From NCBI RefSeq assembly GCF_000143415.4, contig NW_003314371.1:410788-474787 (forward strand): a stretch of 64,000 nt of DNA. The letters are read 5' to 3'. Positions 1 through 15,851 of this stretch are shown here, in pieces. Positions within the stretch are counted from its first letter, which is position 1. Every line of letters begins with the position of its first letter. The notes below the pieces were generated by a model. The model saw nothing but the letters and a program-made list of their open reading frames with translations, had not been told where the DNA came from and made no database searches. Made by a program: the position numbers and the translations under genes. The stretch comes from Selaginella moellendorffii (taxonomy: Eukaryota; Plantae; Lycopodiophyta).

Positions 1-69
1 CCCCCCCCCCCCCCCCCCCTCCCCTCTGGGAGACACACGCTTTGGGCTTTCACCCCTCGATCTATATTA

Positions 70-395
70 GTACTCAGACTTGGTCTCGGACTCGAGTTCA
101 GACCCAACCTCAAACTTAATTTCCCACTCGATCTCGAACTCGACCTCGGACTCGATCTCGGACTTGACCTTGGACTCAACTTCGGGGACTCAGTCTCAGA
201 CCCGATCTCGGATCTCAGACTTTGTCTCAAACTCGGTCTCGAACTAGGTCTCGAACTCAGTCTCGAACTCGGTCTCGAACTCGGTCTCGAACTAGGTCTT
301 GAACTCGGTTTCGGAGTCGGCCTTGGACTCGATCCCAGACTTTATCTCGAACTCGGTCTTAAAGTCGGTTTTGGACTCAATTTCAAACTTGGTCC
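70..395. repeat. Degenerate 6/12-bp tandem repeat (CTCGGA/CTCGAA/CTCGGT units)
   Basis: Repeated units such as ctcggtctcgaactcggtctcgaactagg; a poly-C run occupies the window start (1-25). Confidence 0.85.
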
Positions 396-1412
396 CATCC
401 AATGAACTCTTTATCATTTTGGTTGTGCATTTGGGGATCCTTTAGCCTATGACACCTTAGGGAGTTAGTTCCTTACACTAGTACTTCTACATGCTACAAG
501 ACATAATAAACTCCACATGAACAAATGTTATTAAAAATAACATTAAATGCATTAAATCCAAAATAAAATAAACAATAACTTATTCTATTATTAGTAGGGA
601 TAAATTTGTAACTTCAAAGATTTACATTTCACTATTTCCTTAGCTTTTTAACAACATTGTGATACAACAACAGAATGATTTGATGATGGTATCAATAAAT
701 GCAGGAATGCGAAAGATAGAGTATCATAAAAACTGAATCATAATACTAATTATCATAATCAGATGCACCATTCTAGGGTTCACTTTCTAGGATACAGATG
801 TGCATATTTAGCAATGATGGTAACGATTGTGCAAGCCAACAATGGCACAGGGGTGATCAAGGTACGATTTCCTCTAGCGGGGCTGCCAATAGAGAAGATC
901 TACAAGCAGTCGAAGAGGTATGGGCTTCACAGTGCCCTTGAAGTGGATGGGGTTTTTGTCAATGACGACGATACAGTGTTTGCTGAAGATCGCCTCGTGT
1001 ACATTCCCCAACTGAGTGCAGCTCAAGCAGAAGGTATGAGCACATGCCATACCTTAAACAGTGAGTGCAGGATTTTGCAGGTATTGTGTCTACTTCTCAT
1101 CACTAGATAAATGGTTGATTTCATATTTATCCTCTTTCTTTTGTTCTACTTGTGTGGGTTCTGTAGTCTGGCTATAGTGTGCTATGTTCTTTTGACATGC
1201 TATGGGTGTCCGGCATGGTCATGCTTGGATCTGGCTCCTTGTTTGAGGTACTTGCTATGGCTATTGTCTTCTGTTGGTACTCAACTGGTTGTCGTCCCCA
1301 TCCCTGGTAGCCTTGTGCCTTGGATCTTTATTTCGATTTGTGTTATGGCTATGGTGGTGTGCAAGGTGATCACTGCCGATGATCCTAAATGAGAGGGTCC
1401 AGGTAAGGTCCA

Positions 1413-2130
1413 CCTGGAGAGGAATGAAACAGGAGGCATAGGAATCCTCTATTTTCTTTTATCTCTTATTGCTAGTTCCTGAGGAGATCCAGCTTGAAGG
1501 GTCAAAAAGAAAAGGAATGAATGAGTTGTGGGTTGGCTGCCTTTACAGGCCCGCAAAAAATAGTGAAAGTAAATCAAAATGCCCAGTGAAGGGATCTATT
1601 GTAGCACCATGGCTCATGTGTATATTACATTACAGACTCTTTATAAATTTCATTAGGGGCCACACTGAAAGACAAAAGAGAGAAAAAAAAGTTGGTGCAC
1701 CATCATGCAAGTGACTTATCCAATTTTTTTTTTTCTTACCTCATGTGCAACAAGAGATCACAAAATGGTCCTATTGTATCACCTAACAACCGAACAAGAT
1801 GCCCAGTATCCCTCCTTTCAATTCCATACTCTATATCATATCAATTCCCGGGAGAATTTGGTAAAGTTGTGCGTTCCGAAGTTGGTGTAGGGTTCTTCGT
1901 AGAGCCATGATTATAACAACGTTGTCTCATGCACAAGCTCTGCCACCTTTCATGCCAGGACATGTAAAGGAATTGCACATGTTTTGGCTCTGCAGCGGAG
2001 CAGCATTTGCGTTTCAGTAGGGAGACCGTTTCGCAGCACATTAAATCTGTCTAGCCGAGCACAAAGTAACAGAAAAGAGAGCGAGAGTTATGAGGGCCCA
2101 TCGTGAGTTTGGGAGAGTTAACTTTCTCAA
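1413..2130 (-). pseudogene. Truncated duplicate of the 5' end (intron 1, exon 1 fragment, promoter) of expansin 1
   Basis: Colinear similarity to 3837-4805. Shared blocks include ctggagaggaatgaaac, aaatcaaaatgcccagtga.gggatctattgtagc, gttggtgcacca.catgcaagtgacttatcc, gtttttggctctgcagcgg and tagggagaccgtttcgcagc. Most of exon 1 and all of exons 2-3 are missing. Confidence 0.85.
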
Positions 2131-3157
2131 TCAGAAGCTCTTGGATAATTTGTCTTGCACTAGCCAGAGGCTCTGGGATAGGATTTGGGATTCCATGACA
2201 ATTGCGGAAGTTGAATATTTTCTTGCAAAATGTTCCTGCTCCCATTAGGGATGGAAATCCCCCATCCTCTAGTTGCTCTGATCGCTATCTAACAGGTGAT
2301 AAACTAGTTACAGATAAAATTTAATTTATAATGATGTTTTTTTTCTTGGGAAGTCAAAATAGCATGAAATTAGTTGGCCGATGAGAGGCATTTGGGAACT
2401 AGTACACAAAAGTAAGGCAGCTGCCCGAGGTGGTTGATGGTCATGAGATTGTAAATGAGATCCATGGAGAGGCTGAAGCTTCAAATGGGAGGAGCTTTAT
2501 GATATACCAATGAAAAATCAGATTAATTTCCTGGATGTCAATTTCGAAACCTTTTAGCCATTCCTTCCTCCACAGCCACACTTTGGTCTTTGGTTGGGAG
2601 GCTCCTATATTTACATGGTCATGGAAAAATTATTCAACATCATATAAAGGTTTTTTTTAATGTGATGAAGCCAATTTCATGGGATAAATGAGGTTTTTGA
2701 AAAAACAATCTATGGAGAAGGATATTGTTGGTAAAATAGATGTTTTTGTAGGAAGTATGTTTAAAACATGTTAGAAAGAAGTTTATTGTGAGAAGTAAAT
2801 AGTATTTTTATATTAATTTGATGCATGACCATTTGTAATTATTTTATTTTCTTGTAAAATAAAAATATGACAAAGTAGAAATATGCAAAGTTAATATAAA
2901 CTAAATTAATATTTGGAATAATATTTTATTTGTAAAAATTAAATTCACTTTTAAAACATTATATTTTGATTTAAAAACAGCATATACATGGAATCTTCTC
3001 CGAAAGCCGCGGAAGCAAAAGAATGGGGTGATTCCCGCCATAGCCCACCTCCTGTGTTTTCCTTTCCACGCTCGGCTCTACAGGAAAATCGCACAAACCG
3101 TATAAGCTCCCTCTCTCACTCGCTCGCTCCATCGATTGATCGATCGAGATAAGAGGT

Positions 3158-4037
3158 TTAGAACTGGCCACCACTGTAGGCTCTACCAAATTGCCAGTTC
3201 GCCGGCGCGACGTTGAGCGAGGTGACCTTGCGGCCATCGCTGCCGGTGACCCTAAACGAGAGGCTCTGACCGCCAAGGTTGCCCCCGATCATCCAGTTCT
3301 GGCCCCAATTCCTTGCCATGGGCATCCAATTGGTGTTTGAGCCTTTGATTTCCACGCCCACGACATCGCCGCTGCCGCCTACATTCTCGATCAGCACCAG
3401 ATTGAAGAAGGTATGCCCATTGATCGTGTAGTGGATGGCACCTTGCCTTTGGCACGGCACTCTAGATCATCACAGCACATCACACGCGATTTTAGGAGGG
3501 GCTCTTCTTGCGATGGATCGATTATCTGTCTCGCTTACCTGCGGTACTGGAGGAGGACGTGACCATAGGGAATGCTGGCGATCTGGGAGAAGGCCGGCTG
3601 GGAGAGATCAAAGTGCTGCTTGGGCGGATCGCACCAGCCGCCATTGCTCCCCGGAGGACAGAGATTGGTAGCGGTGACGACGGTGGAAGGATTTCTCGGG
3701 AGACATCCCGTGCCCGCGCAGCGAATCTCATAGCAAGCGCCGCAAATGTCGCCGCCCTCGAAGAGCGGGGTGCTGAGGGCAGTGGTGATGTAGCCATAGC
3801 CGGCGCTCAGCTGGTTTCCATAGCCGCAAGCTCCATCTGGAGAGGAATGAAACCGGGGGCGTGGTAAGAACAGGGGAATTGAATTCTCTGTTTCTTTTAT
3901 CGCTTACTGTTAGTTCCCGAGGCATCGCTTCCTCCATAGTACGTCGCGTGAGCATCTAGCCATCCTCCATCGCCGCGAGCTCCTGGCATTGCCGCGATGA
4001 GAGCTAGCAAAATCCAAGCAGTGGCAAGCGCCGCCAT
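3158..4037 (-). CDS. EXPA: Alpha-expansin 1; exons 4037-3908, 3836-3539, 3461-3158
   Basis: Signal peptide [22 protein letters not shown], then [37 protein letters not shown] motif, RNWGQNW and W(Q)FG..Y.GGQF; canonical GT-AG introns at the usual EXPA positions. Confidence 0.95.
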
Positions 4038-5117
4038 GGATTCAAATGTGTTTAAAACAGAGCTTCCAAAGCTAGAAGATTGATCGATCGAGAGTGGAAG
4101 ATCTGGTCAAGGCCTAGAGATTGGAGAAGATCCAACTGACGGATCAGAAGAAAAGAGAAAGAAAAGGAATGGAATGAGTTGTGGGTGAGAGTTGGCTGCT
4201 TTTATAGGCCCGGGAAAGATAGTGAAAACAAATCAAAATGCCCAGTGAGGGGATCTATTGTAGCTCATGTGGGACTACTGTATGAAAGGAAAAAGAGAGA
4301 AAAAAAAGTTGGTGCACCAACATGCAAGTGACTTATCCATTTTTTTTCTTTTTTTTTCTTTTCAACGAGCTTCCCCATGTGCAATAAGAGATCACAAAAT
4401 GGCCTTATCATATCAACGAACAACCGAACAAGATGCCTAGTATCCCTCCTTTGGATTCCTTAAGATTTACACTCTATATCATATCAGAAGTTGGTACAGT
4501 TGATATATATTTGTATGCTACAAAGAAGGGTTCCTCCCACAGCCATGATTATAACAACGGTAGCTCTGCCACCATTTTACTTGGGTGTCAGGCCATGTAA
4601 AAGAGTGAGGAATTGCACATGTTTTGGCTCTGCAGCGGCGCAGCGGTTGCATTTCGGTAGGGAGACCGTTTCGCAGCGCATTGAATCTGTCTAGCCGAGC
4701 ACAAAGTGACAGAAAAGAGAGTTCTGGGGCCCCATTCTGAGACCGGGAAACTGGGTCAGTCACAGAGTTTCCAATTGGAGCGTTAACTTTTTTTAGTTCT
4801 CAATCAATTTCTGACACAAAGTCTAGAGAGCGATCGAAGAGAGAAGCTTTGAATCTTGGATAGGAGTGGGCATTTCGTCGGTGGCCATGACATTTGCTGT
4901 CTGACGTTTGATGAATCTTTTCCTGCAACATGGTCTCCAACCCGAAAGCTTGTGGGGAATTGGAAGACACCCTTTGGAATCCGAGGGCTTTGAAGTTTGT
5001 GTGGCCGGTTTGGTGTGCAGTGGGGTGGTTTGTTGATTCTGTTTTCATGGGTACCAGACGTGTCTGTAGCGCATTTGACAAACTTGCAAAACAGCAAACA
5101 GAAGGTGAGTGCGACGG

Positions 5118-5147
5118 AAAAGAGAGAGAGAGAGAGAAAAAAAAAAG
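5118..5147. repeat. (GA)n microsatellite/GAGA element in the divergent promoter shared by expansins 1 and 2
   Basis: aaaagagagagagagagagaaaa lies between the head-to-head expansin genes. Confidence 0.6.
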
Positions 5148-5633
5148 AACCAGAAAGCGATCACATGTGCTATCACATGGATGAGGTATGACCAATTTTT
5201 TATGCAAATTTCATGAAATCCCCGGAATCGAATCGTTGGAGAGTTAACGAGGCGAAGAATCATGTGGTGAGTTTGGTCAATCCCATGTGTTCGCTGCACT
5301 AACTGGTGGTGTTTTTTCAACAGCCCACCAGCAGCTGCACAGTGCTGCACGCCGCACTGCATTGCTCTGCACAGTGTTGTTGTCACAAACCACGAACTTT
5401 TTCTTTTCTTTTTTTTTTTCTGATCACCCATGTTCAATGAATATATAGCAACAACCATACTGCCTTTAAGTGCCTCTTTGACTATATAAGCAAACCACCT
5501 CCAAGCCACCCCAACACCATCAATTCATTCATTGGTTTCCTCCTTTTAACTCTCCTCTTGGGCAGCTCCGGTCACATTCTCTTCTCCCAAGTTTTTTCGT
5601 TGATTCTTTTCGCATACACATTTTTCCAAAGGC

Positions 5634-6584
5634 ATGACGAACAAGTGGGCTGCTATGATGAAAGTCTGTGCGGTGTTTGCCGCTGCCGCGCTCATGCTCG
5701 TGCGGCGAGTGCATGGAGATGGAGGCTGGCTGGACGGAGCGCACGCAACTTACTACGGAGGGAGCGATGCGTCCGGGACAAACAGTGAGATCCCTTGAAA
5801 ACCTCCCCTGTTCTATTCTCTTCTGGTTTCTCATTCGCATTCTCTTTCCTCTCCTTGCCAGATGGAGCTTGCGGCTATGGAAACCAGCTGAGCGCCGGCT
5901 ACGGCTACATCACCACCGCCCTGAGCACTCCGCTCTTCGAAAACGGCGACATCTGCGGAGCGTGCTTCGAGATCCGGTGCGCCGGTGGCGCGGGATGCCT
6001 GCCGGGCAATCCCTCCACCGTCGTCACCGCCACGAATCTCTGCCCCCCGGGGAGCAACGGCGGCTGGTGCGACCCGCCCAAGCCCCACTTCGACCTCTCC
6101 CAGCCCGCATTCAGCAGGATCGCGAGCATCCCAAATGGCCACGTTCAGCTCCAATACAGGAGGTAAGAGAGAGCGCTCACTCACTGCTTAACTCACTCAC
6201 TCTCACTCAGTTGACTAAATGACTTGAGTCGTTGACTAGTTCACCTTTTGACTTGACGATGACTAAAAGCTTCAATGCAGAGTTGCGTGCGATAGGCAAG
6301 GAGGGATTCGCTTCACGGTCAACGGCCACACCTTCTTCAACCTTGTCCTAGTGGAGAACGTTGGCGGTAGCGGCGACGTGGTGGCAGTGGAGGTGAAGGG
6401 CTCCGCCACCGGGTGGCGGCAAATGCAGAGGAACTGGGGCCAGAACTGGCAAGACATGGGCGACCTTAACGGCCAGGCGCTCTCCTTCCGGGTCACCGGG
6501 ACCGATGGGAAGGTGGTCACGTCCATGAATGTGGCTCCCGCGGACTGGCAGTTTGGCAGAACTTACAGCGGCGGCCAGTTCTGA
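5634..6584 (+). CDS. EXPA: Alpha-expansin 2; exons 5634-5784, 5862-6162, 6281-6584
   Basis: [49 protein letters not shown]; [14 protein letters not shown]; [10 protein letters not shown]; RNWGQNW; GT-AG introns. The start could instead be the ATG at 5655. Confidence 0.95.
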
Positions 6585-6808
6585 TCAGCGAGAGATCCAC
6601 GAACACAAATTCCACAGCTCTAGGGAGATTGGAGAAAGCGTGATTTTTGAAGAGGAGGTGACCATACTGGCACCCACTTCGTAGCGAAACCCGATTCTAC
6701 ACATCCCATTTGTATCAAACAAAGCGATCAATGACACGTTGATTTATTTTATCAGCGCTCTTCCAATTCCACGGTTTTGGAAGCCAAACCTTCCACCTTG
6801 TTGATATC

Positions 6809-7996
<1,188 letters not shown>

Positions 7997-8629
7997 AGAG
8001 CTAATGCAAAGCCAAGCTTCTGCAGATATGTATACATATACACATATGCCACACAGGCACACGCAGGCGCCCACCCGAGACTCCAGGGGCCGCTCAAGGA
8101 AGTCTGGTTGCTCTGCGTGGTCGTGAAGACACATACACTATCGGCTGCCAGCTGTGGACCGAATAGAAAATACAGCGTCCTTTGGTACATGAACTTGTCA
8201 GACGAGCTTGGCTTTTGCGTTGCTTTCTCGATTGACGAATATTAGTGTGTCTAATGACCTGTCCTTACTCTCAGCTGGGCCAATGGAAAGCTTTTTAGAC
8301 CAGCTATCTCTCTACAATAAAGGGGCCCAGTTGGAGGTGTATACATACTTTGTTCGCGTGCATGTCCACGTCAAAGTGCAACGGGGACAGGGGTGGTGGT
8401 GTGGACATGGGAATTTCGGCGTTACCTTGTTGTCTTTGCTCGCCCACTTATCCATCGCTCCAAGTTCCGTGTCGAGACCTTGTTGTTGGCTTGAATGAAC
8501 GTACGATACGCTTTAGCGTATCGTGTGGGCCGCATTCTTGCTCTTGTAGCCGCAGTCGAGAACTGCGAGGCGTCATCTTGTTGACGGCTTGTACGGTCAT
8601 CCTTTTGCCTTCGTCAACTTCGTTCCCCC

Positions 8630-8915
8630 ATGAATCTCTGTCCCCCGGGGAGGGCGGCTGGTGCGAGCCCCACCAGCAGGATCGCGATCATCCCAAACGC
8701 CACGCATCCACACAATTTAATCAATAATGTCGTTGGGTGAAGGGCCACACCTGCTTCAACCCTGGCGGCAGCGGCGACCTGGTGGCGGTCGAGGTGAGGT
8801 GGCCATTGGTCATGTCCTTGAACGTTGCGGACTGGCAGTTTGGGAGAACTTACAGCGGTGGCCAGACCACGCTCTAGAGAGTGATTTTTGAAGAGGATCG
8901 AACCCCGATTCTATC
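8630..8915 (+). pseudogene. Heavily deleted copy of expansin 2 (exon 2/3 and 3'UTR fragments)
   Basis: Ordered fragments match 6035-6700: gaatctctg.cccccgggga, gcggctggtgcga, cagcaggatcgcga.catcccaaa, ggccacacct.cttcaacc, ggcggcagcggcgac.tggtggc.gt.gaggtga, gcggactggcagtttgg.agaacttacagcgg, gtgatttttgaagagga. Confidence 0.88.
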
Positions 8916-9035
8916 CGTATGAAATATTTTCACAGTTTACAATTGTTCCAAAGTGAACCAGTGACACATTGATTTATTTTTCCATCGCTCTTCCAATTGG
9001 CCAAGACAAACCGTCCACCCTTGTTGATTGATATC

Positions 9036-10230
<1,195 letters not shown>

Positions 10231-10915
10231 AAGAGCGGAACTGCGAATGATGAAAAACCAAGCTTTCTGAGGACATATATACGCCACGCACCAGACACAT
10301 GCCAGCGGCCACCCAAGACTTTAAGTCCAGTTTGACAACTATGGGGGCTGCTTGAGGAACTCTGCTTGGTTTGCGTGGTCATGGTGGACGTGGGAGCCAC
10401 ACAAACAGTCGGCTGCCAACAGTGGACCGAATAGAAAATGAATTTGCTGCAGCCTTTTTTGATAATTGTGAACTGGTAAGACGAGCTTCGGCTTTCATTT
10501 GCGTTTGTTCTTGGACTGATTTGCCTGATGACTTGTCCTTCTTAGCCTCGTAGAGCCATGTAATCTTCACACCGACACGCCAAGTCTGTACAGCCAAAGA
10601 TTTATCTTTTAGGATAGGCATATGGTACTGTACGATACCGCGAAGATGTTGAGGAAAGTTCAGCTAGTGAGGTGTAGTCACTCTAGGCAAAAGAACGCTT
10701 TTAAAGCGAGCTGGGCCGGTAGCAGCTTTTTAAACTAGCTGCCTCGCCACTGGATGGTGTTCTTGTCAATCACTTCGGCTAAGATGCTTACTTACTTTCG
10801 CTTTGTTCACGTGCGTGTCCTCGTCAATGAAGGGCAACTGAGTGCTGAGCTTGTGGTCGAAAGTATTGCCCGTGCTATTCATGCGACCGATATAATAGCT
10901 CGAAGAGAATCAAAA

Positions 10916-13900
10916 TCATTCAAGGGATGAATTCGACCAGTACTCTGCTACTAATCGGCAAAACAGGGAGGATTTGTTCCCCAACAGTTTTGCAGGTCTG
11001 TCGAACTCCATCAGCAATCCTGAAAAGATTCACTCAGAGGTGTAAGTATTATCGCCCCGATGGGTTCTGCGTACCATCTTCAAGCGCCAGAACCATGTCG
11101 CTACTAATCACAGTTGGGATTCTGTGAGCGACTGTGATCGTTGTGCATTTGCCAAACTCGTCTCCGAGCACTTTTTGGAGAACTGCGTCGGTGGTATTGT
11201 CGATGGACGCCGTTGCCTCGTCAAGCACCAGGATCTGGCTGCGCTTTAAAAGCGTACGAGCCAAGCAAAACAATTGTCTCTCTCCCACGCTCCAGTTCTC
11301 GCCGTCGTCTCCAACTATGAAAATGTAGCTGTCACTCTCGGCTTCAAACTAAAGAGAGCCTTACCAAAGGACTCCAGCTTGAGATTTTTCTCTCTCACAC
11401 TTTCTCCAAGTTGGCATTTATCCAAGGCCTGCAACATACAACAACAGTCGTAAAGAAAACGATGAAATAAAATCGATCGACCTCCCAAATCTTTTGATCA
11501 GTGTACTTGGAAAACGGATCCAGGTTGAAGCGGACGGTGCCACGAAACAATGTTGGTTCTTGAGGGATTATACTCAGCCTAGATCTCAAGGCTGTAACGC
11601 CAATGGTCATAATATCAACTCCATCTATAAGTATTCGTCCACCGGCTGGATCAATAATGCGAAAGAGCGCACTAATGAGAGTAGTCTTTCCGCTGCCAGT
11701 CCGTCCTACGACTCCGACTTTCTGACCACTTTCAAAAGTACACGTGATGCCACGAAGCACGAGAGGTGCGTCTGCACTGTATCTAATCTGGAAAACAGGT
11801 ATGGTGGAAAAAGAACTATAATGAAAGTGAAATACCTGGAGGTTGTGAAGCTCTACTTTCCCCTCACTTGGCCAAGACGGCCAGAGTCCAGTTTTAGAGG
11901 AAGTTTCAACAGGTAAAGATAAGTACTGCTTAATTCGTTCGACCGAAATAATCATGTTAGCCAGGTTGCACTGGTTTTGCACGCTCGCAACCTGAGAATT
12001 GTTTAAAGACAGACCGTAAGAAAGTACAAGCCCAACAAATCCTGGGAGTAAAGAAAAGAGATCAGTCAATTCACGAACACGAACGATCGTACCGCTCACC
12101 AGGAGAAATTGTACCAGGGGGCAAAATAACCATAATCAACGCGGAGGAGCAAAGAACAGCAGACCACAGCGACTCCAGCCTTTGAATAAGCCACTCTCTT
12201 GCAGCAAAATTGTGGAAGAAAGGACTCGTATTAGTGTCAATCATATCCAGAATCTTCCTCGTGAAATCCTCCTGCTTGCGGAAAGCTCTTATTGTAGTAG
12301 CACCTGATATAGCTTCTCCGAAGTAGTTCAAAATCGGTGCCTTTGTAGTTCCGTTGATTCTCATCAGCTCACGAGCAGATGCCAAGTTATAAACCTGGCC
12401 TTGACACAAGATTTAAACAGTCAGTTCTCAGAAACCAAATGCTCTGTTACCACCTGTAAGAGTCTGTTGATGTACATCATGGGGACAACGATCACCAGAA
12501 TCTGCCATGTTACAGAAGATGTCATTCCCAAGTTAGCTAAAGCACTCAGGAAGGCCGAGATTGAAAACCCAAAGGAAAACGGAATATCGAGGTCCAAGAT
12601 GCTCAAGTCCACTGAGAGCTGGCAAGTCGAAGTTAGTTTAAGTAGTGAACAGGAAGAAACCATTACCCGACTTAGTATTCGGCCGCTTGGTGTGGAATCG
12701 AAAAAAGACATTGGTGCTGAGAATAAAGAATCCATTGTGCTGTTGAAGAACGACCTCGATGCTGCCAGTCCCATAATAACAATGAGAACCGATCGAATGA
12801 AGAGGAAAGCTCCCGTTGTCAACCCAATTGCAGAATACACACCTATGAGTTTTCCTGTATTTGTCTCTGAACTTTCAACCTCAGAAGCCATCCACCAGTT
12901 AGAAGCCATCTGACCCGAGAGAAAGACAATGTATGAAAGTGTGGATAGCCCGTAGTAAAAGAATCCGTTGGCTTGCTTCATGTAGTCCAAGTAGGCAGCA
13001 TTACCAGATTCTTTCTTCTCGTCCTTGGTTAGCTGATTAAACTTCGAAGCTTCAGGTGTGCAATCTTCACCTTTCCGATGCTGAAGACCCGTCTTCTTCG
13101 ATACGGTTGTCGTGCCTCTCGCGTCCAAAGAGGACATTACATCCTTGTGTGCCATCACGAGATCCCGAAACACGGCGCCTCGCGCAAGAAGGTCATCATA
13201 ATTTCCAAACTCCAAAACTTCTCCATTCTGCATCACCTGCATGAGCCATCAAGCGATGATAATCGCGGAAAGCACAAGTACAACACTCACCAAGATGGCA
13301 TCAAACTTTTGAAGAAACTCGACCTGGTGCGTCACAAGGATGACAGTCTTCTGAGACAGAACTCCAAGAATACAGTTCTGCAGAGCATCACAAGTAAGAA
13401 TTGAAAAGCTGTACAAGGTCAAGTACCTTGAAAAGCGAAGATCCGGTTTGTGCATCCACGGCACTAAACGGATCGTCCAAGAGGTAAACAGACGCGTCTT
13501 GATAAACTGCACGAGCAAGTTGAATGCGTTGCTTCTGCCCGCCGCTCAAGTTAAGTCCCCCCTCTCCGATCTCAGTCAAGTCACCGAAAGGAAAGCTTTC
13601 TATGTCCTTGTCCAATTCGCAAGCTTTCAGAGCCATAGCATAGCGATTATTGTCCATATCCATGCCAAATAAAACGTTGTCCCTGACTGTTCCAGATTGT
13701 ACCCATGCTACCTGAGCCACGTACGCTATACTACCAGAGACTTTAACCTGCAAGTGAAAGGAGAAACATTCAAAGGCATTAGTATAAGTATTTTTTTCTT
13801 CTAATTGTTGTACCTTTCCGTGTAGCAGGGGAACTTCTCCTAGGATAGAGAGAAGTAATGTCGACTTCCCAGAGCCAACCTCACCGCACACTGCCACCCG

Positions 13901-15613
13901 TGATCCGTTGTGGACGGTCAGGTTTATATCTTTCAGCGTAGATGCCTCAGCTTTTGCCTTGCCTTCGTCCGGGTCCCAGCTAAGGCTGGCGTTGTGTATA
14001 TGAATGTCGACGCCATCGCCACTAATGTCTCTTTCGATAGCTTTAGGATCAAGCTCTTCGTCTTGTAAGAAAGTTGAAACCCTTCCGAGGGAAACTCGTA
14101 CTTGAACGATTGCGGAAATCACTTCCGGGACCAGCCTGATCGGCTCCTGGATTATCCTGAAGGTGGCCAGTGTCGTAAACACGTTGCTCGCATCCAGCGG
14201 GTACCCCGTAAGCCAGCAAACGATGAAAGTGCTCGTCGAAACCAGGACCGGCAGCAGCCAGAAGATGAAGGCATTGTAAGTTTTGCGGTACTGGACTTTG
14301 GACAGCCACACCAGCTCTTCGCCCCTCAGCTCCTTGATTCGGGCTTTAAACATCTCTTCCCAAGCTTGCAGCTTCACAGTCTTCATGTTTCGCAAAATGG
14401 CGGAAGTAGCTCTCATTCTCTTGTCCTGAGCACTCATGAGGCCGTTCTGGAACTTCCGCTGGAGCCTGGCCATGGGCCTGTTGGCCAGCATGGAGAGTCC
14501 TATGACCGTGAGACCTGCGAACGCTGGCGCTGTTCCAACCGAATGCACGAGAATCGCCCCTGCCATCGCGATCTGAAGCGGAGTAGTCCACACAACATGG
14601 ACCCAGTAGCCGAATTCTCCTATCCTGTAAGCGTCCACAGCCATGTAGCTCATCACCTCGCCTGTGGCGTGAGTTCTCCGAGCGAGGCCCGAGAGCTTGA
14701 GCTGCTTGCTGTATAAAACTCCCATAACCGCGGAGCGCATTCGCATTCCCAGCCTCTTGCTTCCGAAAAGCCACTGCCTCTGGGAGACCGACTCCACCGC
14801 CTTTCCCAGGAACAAAACCAGCACCAGAAAATACCCCTGTGAGACGTTGCCACCCTTTGCTGTGCTCGCCACGAAAGTTTTGAGGACGAGAGGACCAGCC
14901 GTCACAGTGACGCATTTTCCCAATGCGTAGACGCCATTCTGGAGAAAGTTTTTCCAGTAGCACCGTCCGAGGGTCCAAAACAAAGATGGCTGGCTGCTGC
15001 TGCTGCTGCTGCTACTCCAGAGCTCCACAAAAGCCTTGTAATTTGTGTCTGCTCGATCCTCTGGAGCCACTCGAGGCATGTCCTCCTCTTCCAAAGTCTT
15101 TCTACTTCCCAGAGCTAGCAAAGGATTGAGCCACAGGAAATAGAGACGGCTGATCCATCCAGCTCCACTGATGAGGCAAACATTCTTGCTTCGAGCTTCG
15201 TCGTGTAGAAGAAGAGGCTCCTGGAGCCTAGCGCTTGCCTCTTCTTCGCTCTTCTTCTCTTTGATCGCCAAGAAAAGCAAGCTGATTGGAAATGCCGCAA
15301 TATCCAGCACGAGCTTCCAGAATCCCGGCCCTGTTTCCTGCTGTGATCGATCACTAATCCTCACCACGGCCACGGCCGCCAAGCCCGTGGCAATCGCCGC
15401 GGCGCAAACCCTGACGTATTTCCCCGGAATCCGCCTCAGAGCGGCCGATGCAGCAAGAACCAGCCATGCCGATCCCTGCATTGTCGCGGGAATCCATCGC
15501 AGCGCCGGCCAGCGACGATTCTCTGCCAGAACGATCGCGAGATAGAGAAATCCCGCGGTGGCTGCCAACGTACCAGTGCAGATTCGAAGAAGCGCTTCCA
15601 TCACCGCCGACAT
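10916..15613 (-). CDS. ABCC: ABC transporter subfamily C (MRP), multi-exon
   Basis: TMD1; NBD1 Walker A GEVGSGKS, signature [15 protein letters not shown], Walker [12 protein letters not shown]; TMD2 with [17 protein letters not shown]; NBD2 [33 protein letters not shown]; last exon ends ...[12 protein letters not shown] at 10916. The exact start is uncertain and an upstream exon is possible. Confidence 0.95.
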
Positions 15614-15851
15614 TGCTCGCGCTTGCTGGAGAACCGCCAGCTCCCGGAAAACTCCAAGCACGCACTGACAAAGGAAGAAGATCCCAAAATCATCATAAAC
15701 CCTAAATTACGGACAAGGTGGAGGGATATGCTTAGTACTGAAGAATCTATTGGTCTTCTTTCTTTAAACTTCAGTGAATAACGATGATCAAACAAGCTAA
15801 AGGAGCTTCTTGTTTAGAGGTTAATCAGTATCTTATACAGAGTAAATGCTG

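Noticed and set aside
70-395. Regularly repeated units that might suggest a CRISPR array
   Set aside because: Contiguous 6/12-bp units without unique spacers, in a eukaryotic context with no cas genes.
1111-1392. 93-aa hydrophobic Cys-rich ORF
   Set aside because: T/G-rich low-complexity sequence with no family resemblance; likely spurious.
4705-4730. miR156-like string tgacagaaaagagag
   Set aside because: The 3' half diverges and no complementary arm is visible.
15601-15795. Short ORF overlapping the ABCC start as a possible first exon or frameshift
   Set aside because: No convincing splice or frame evidence; cannot be resolved without cDNA.
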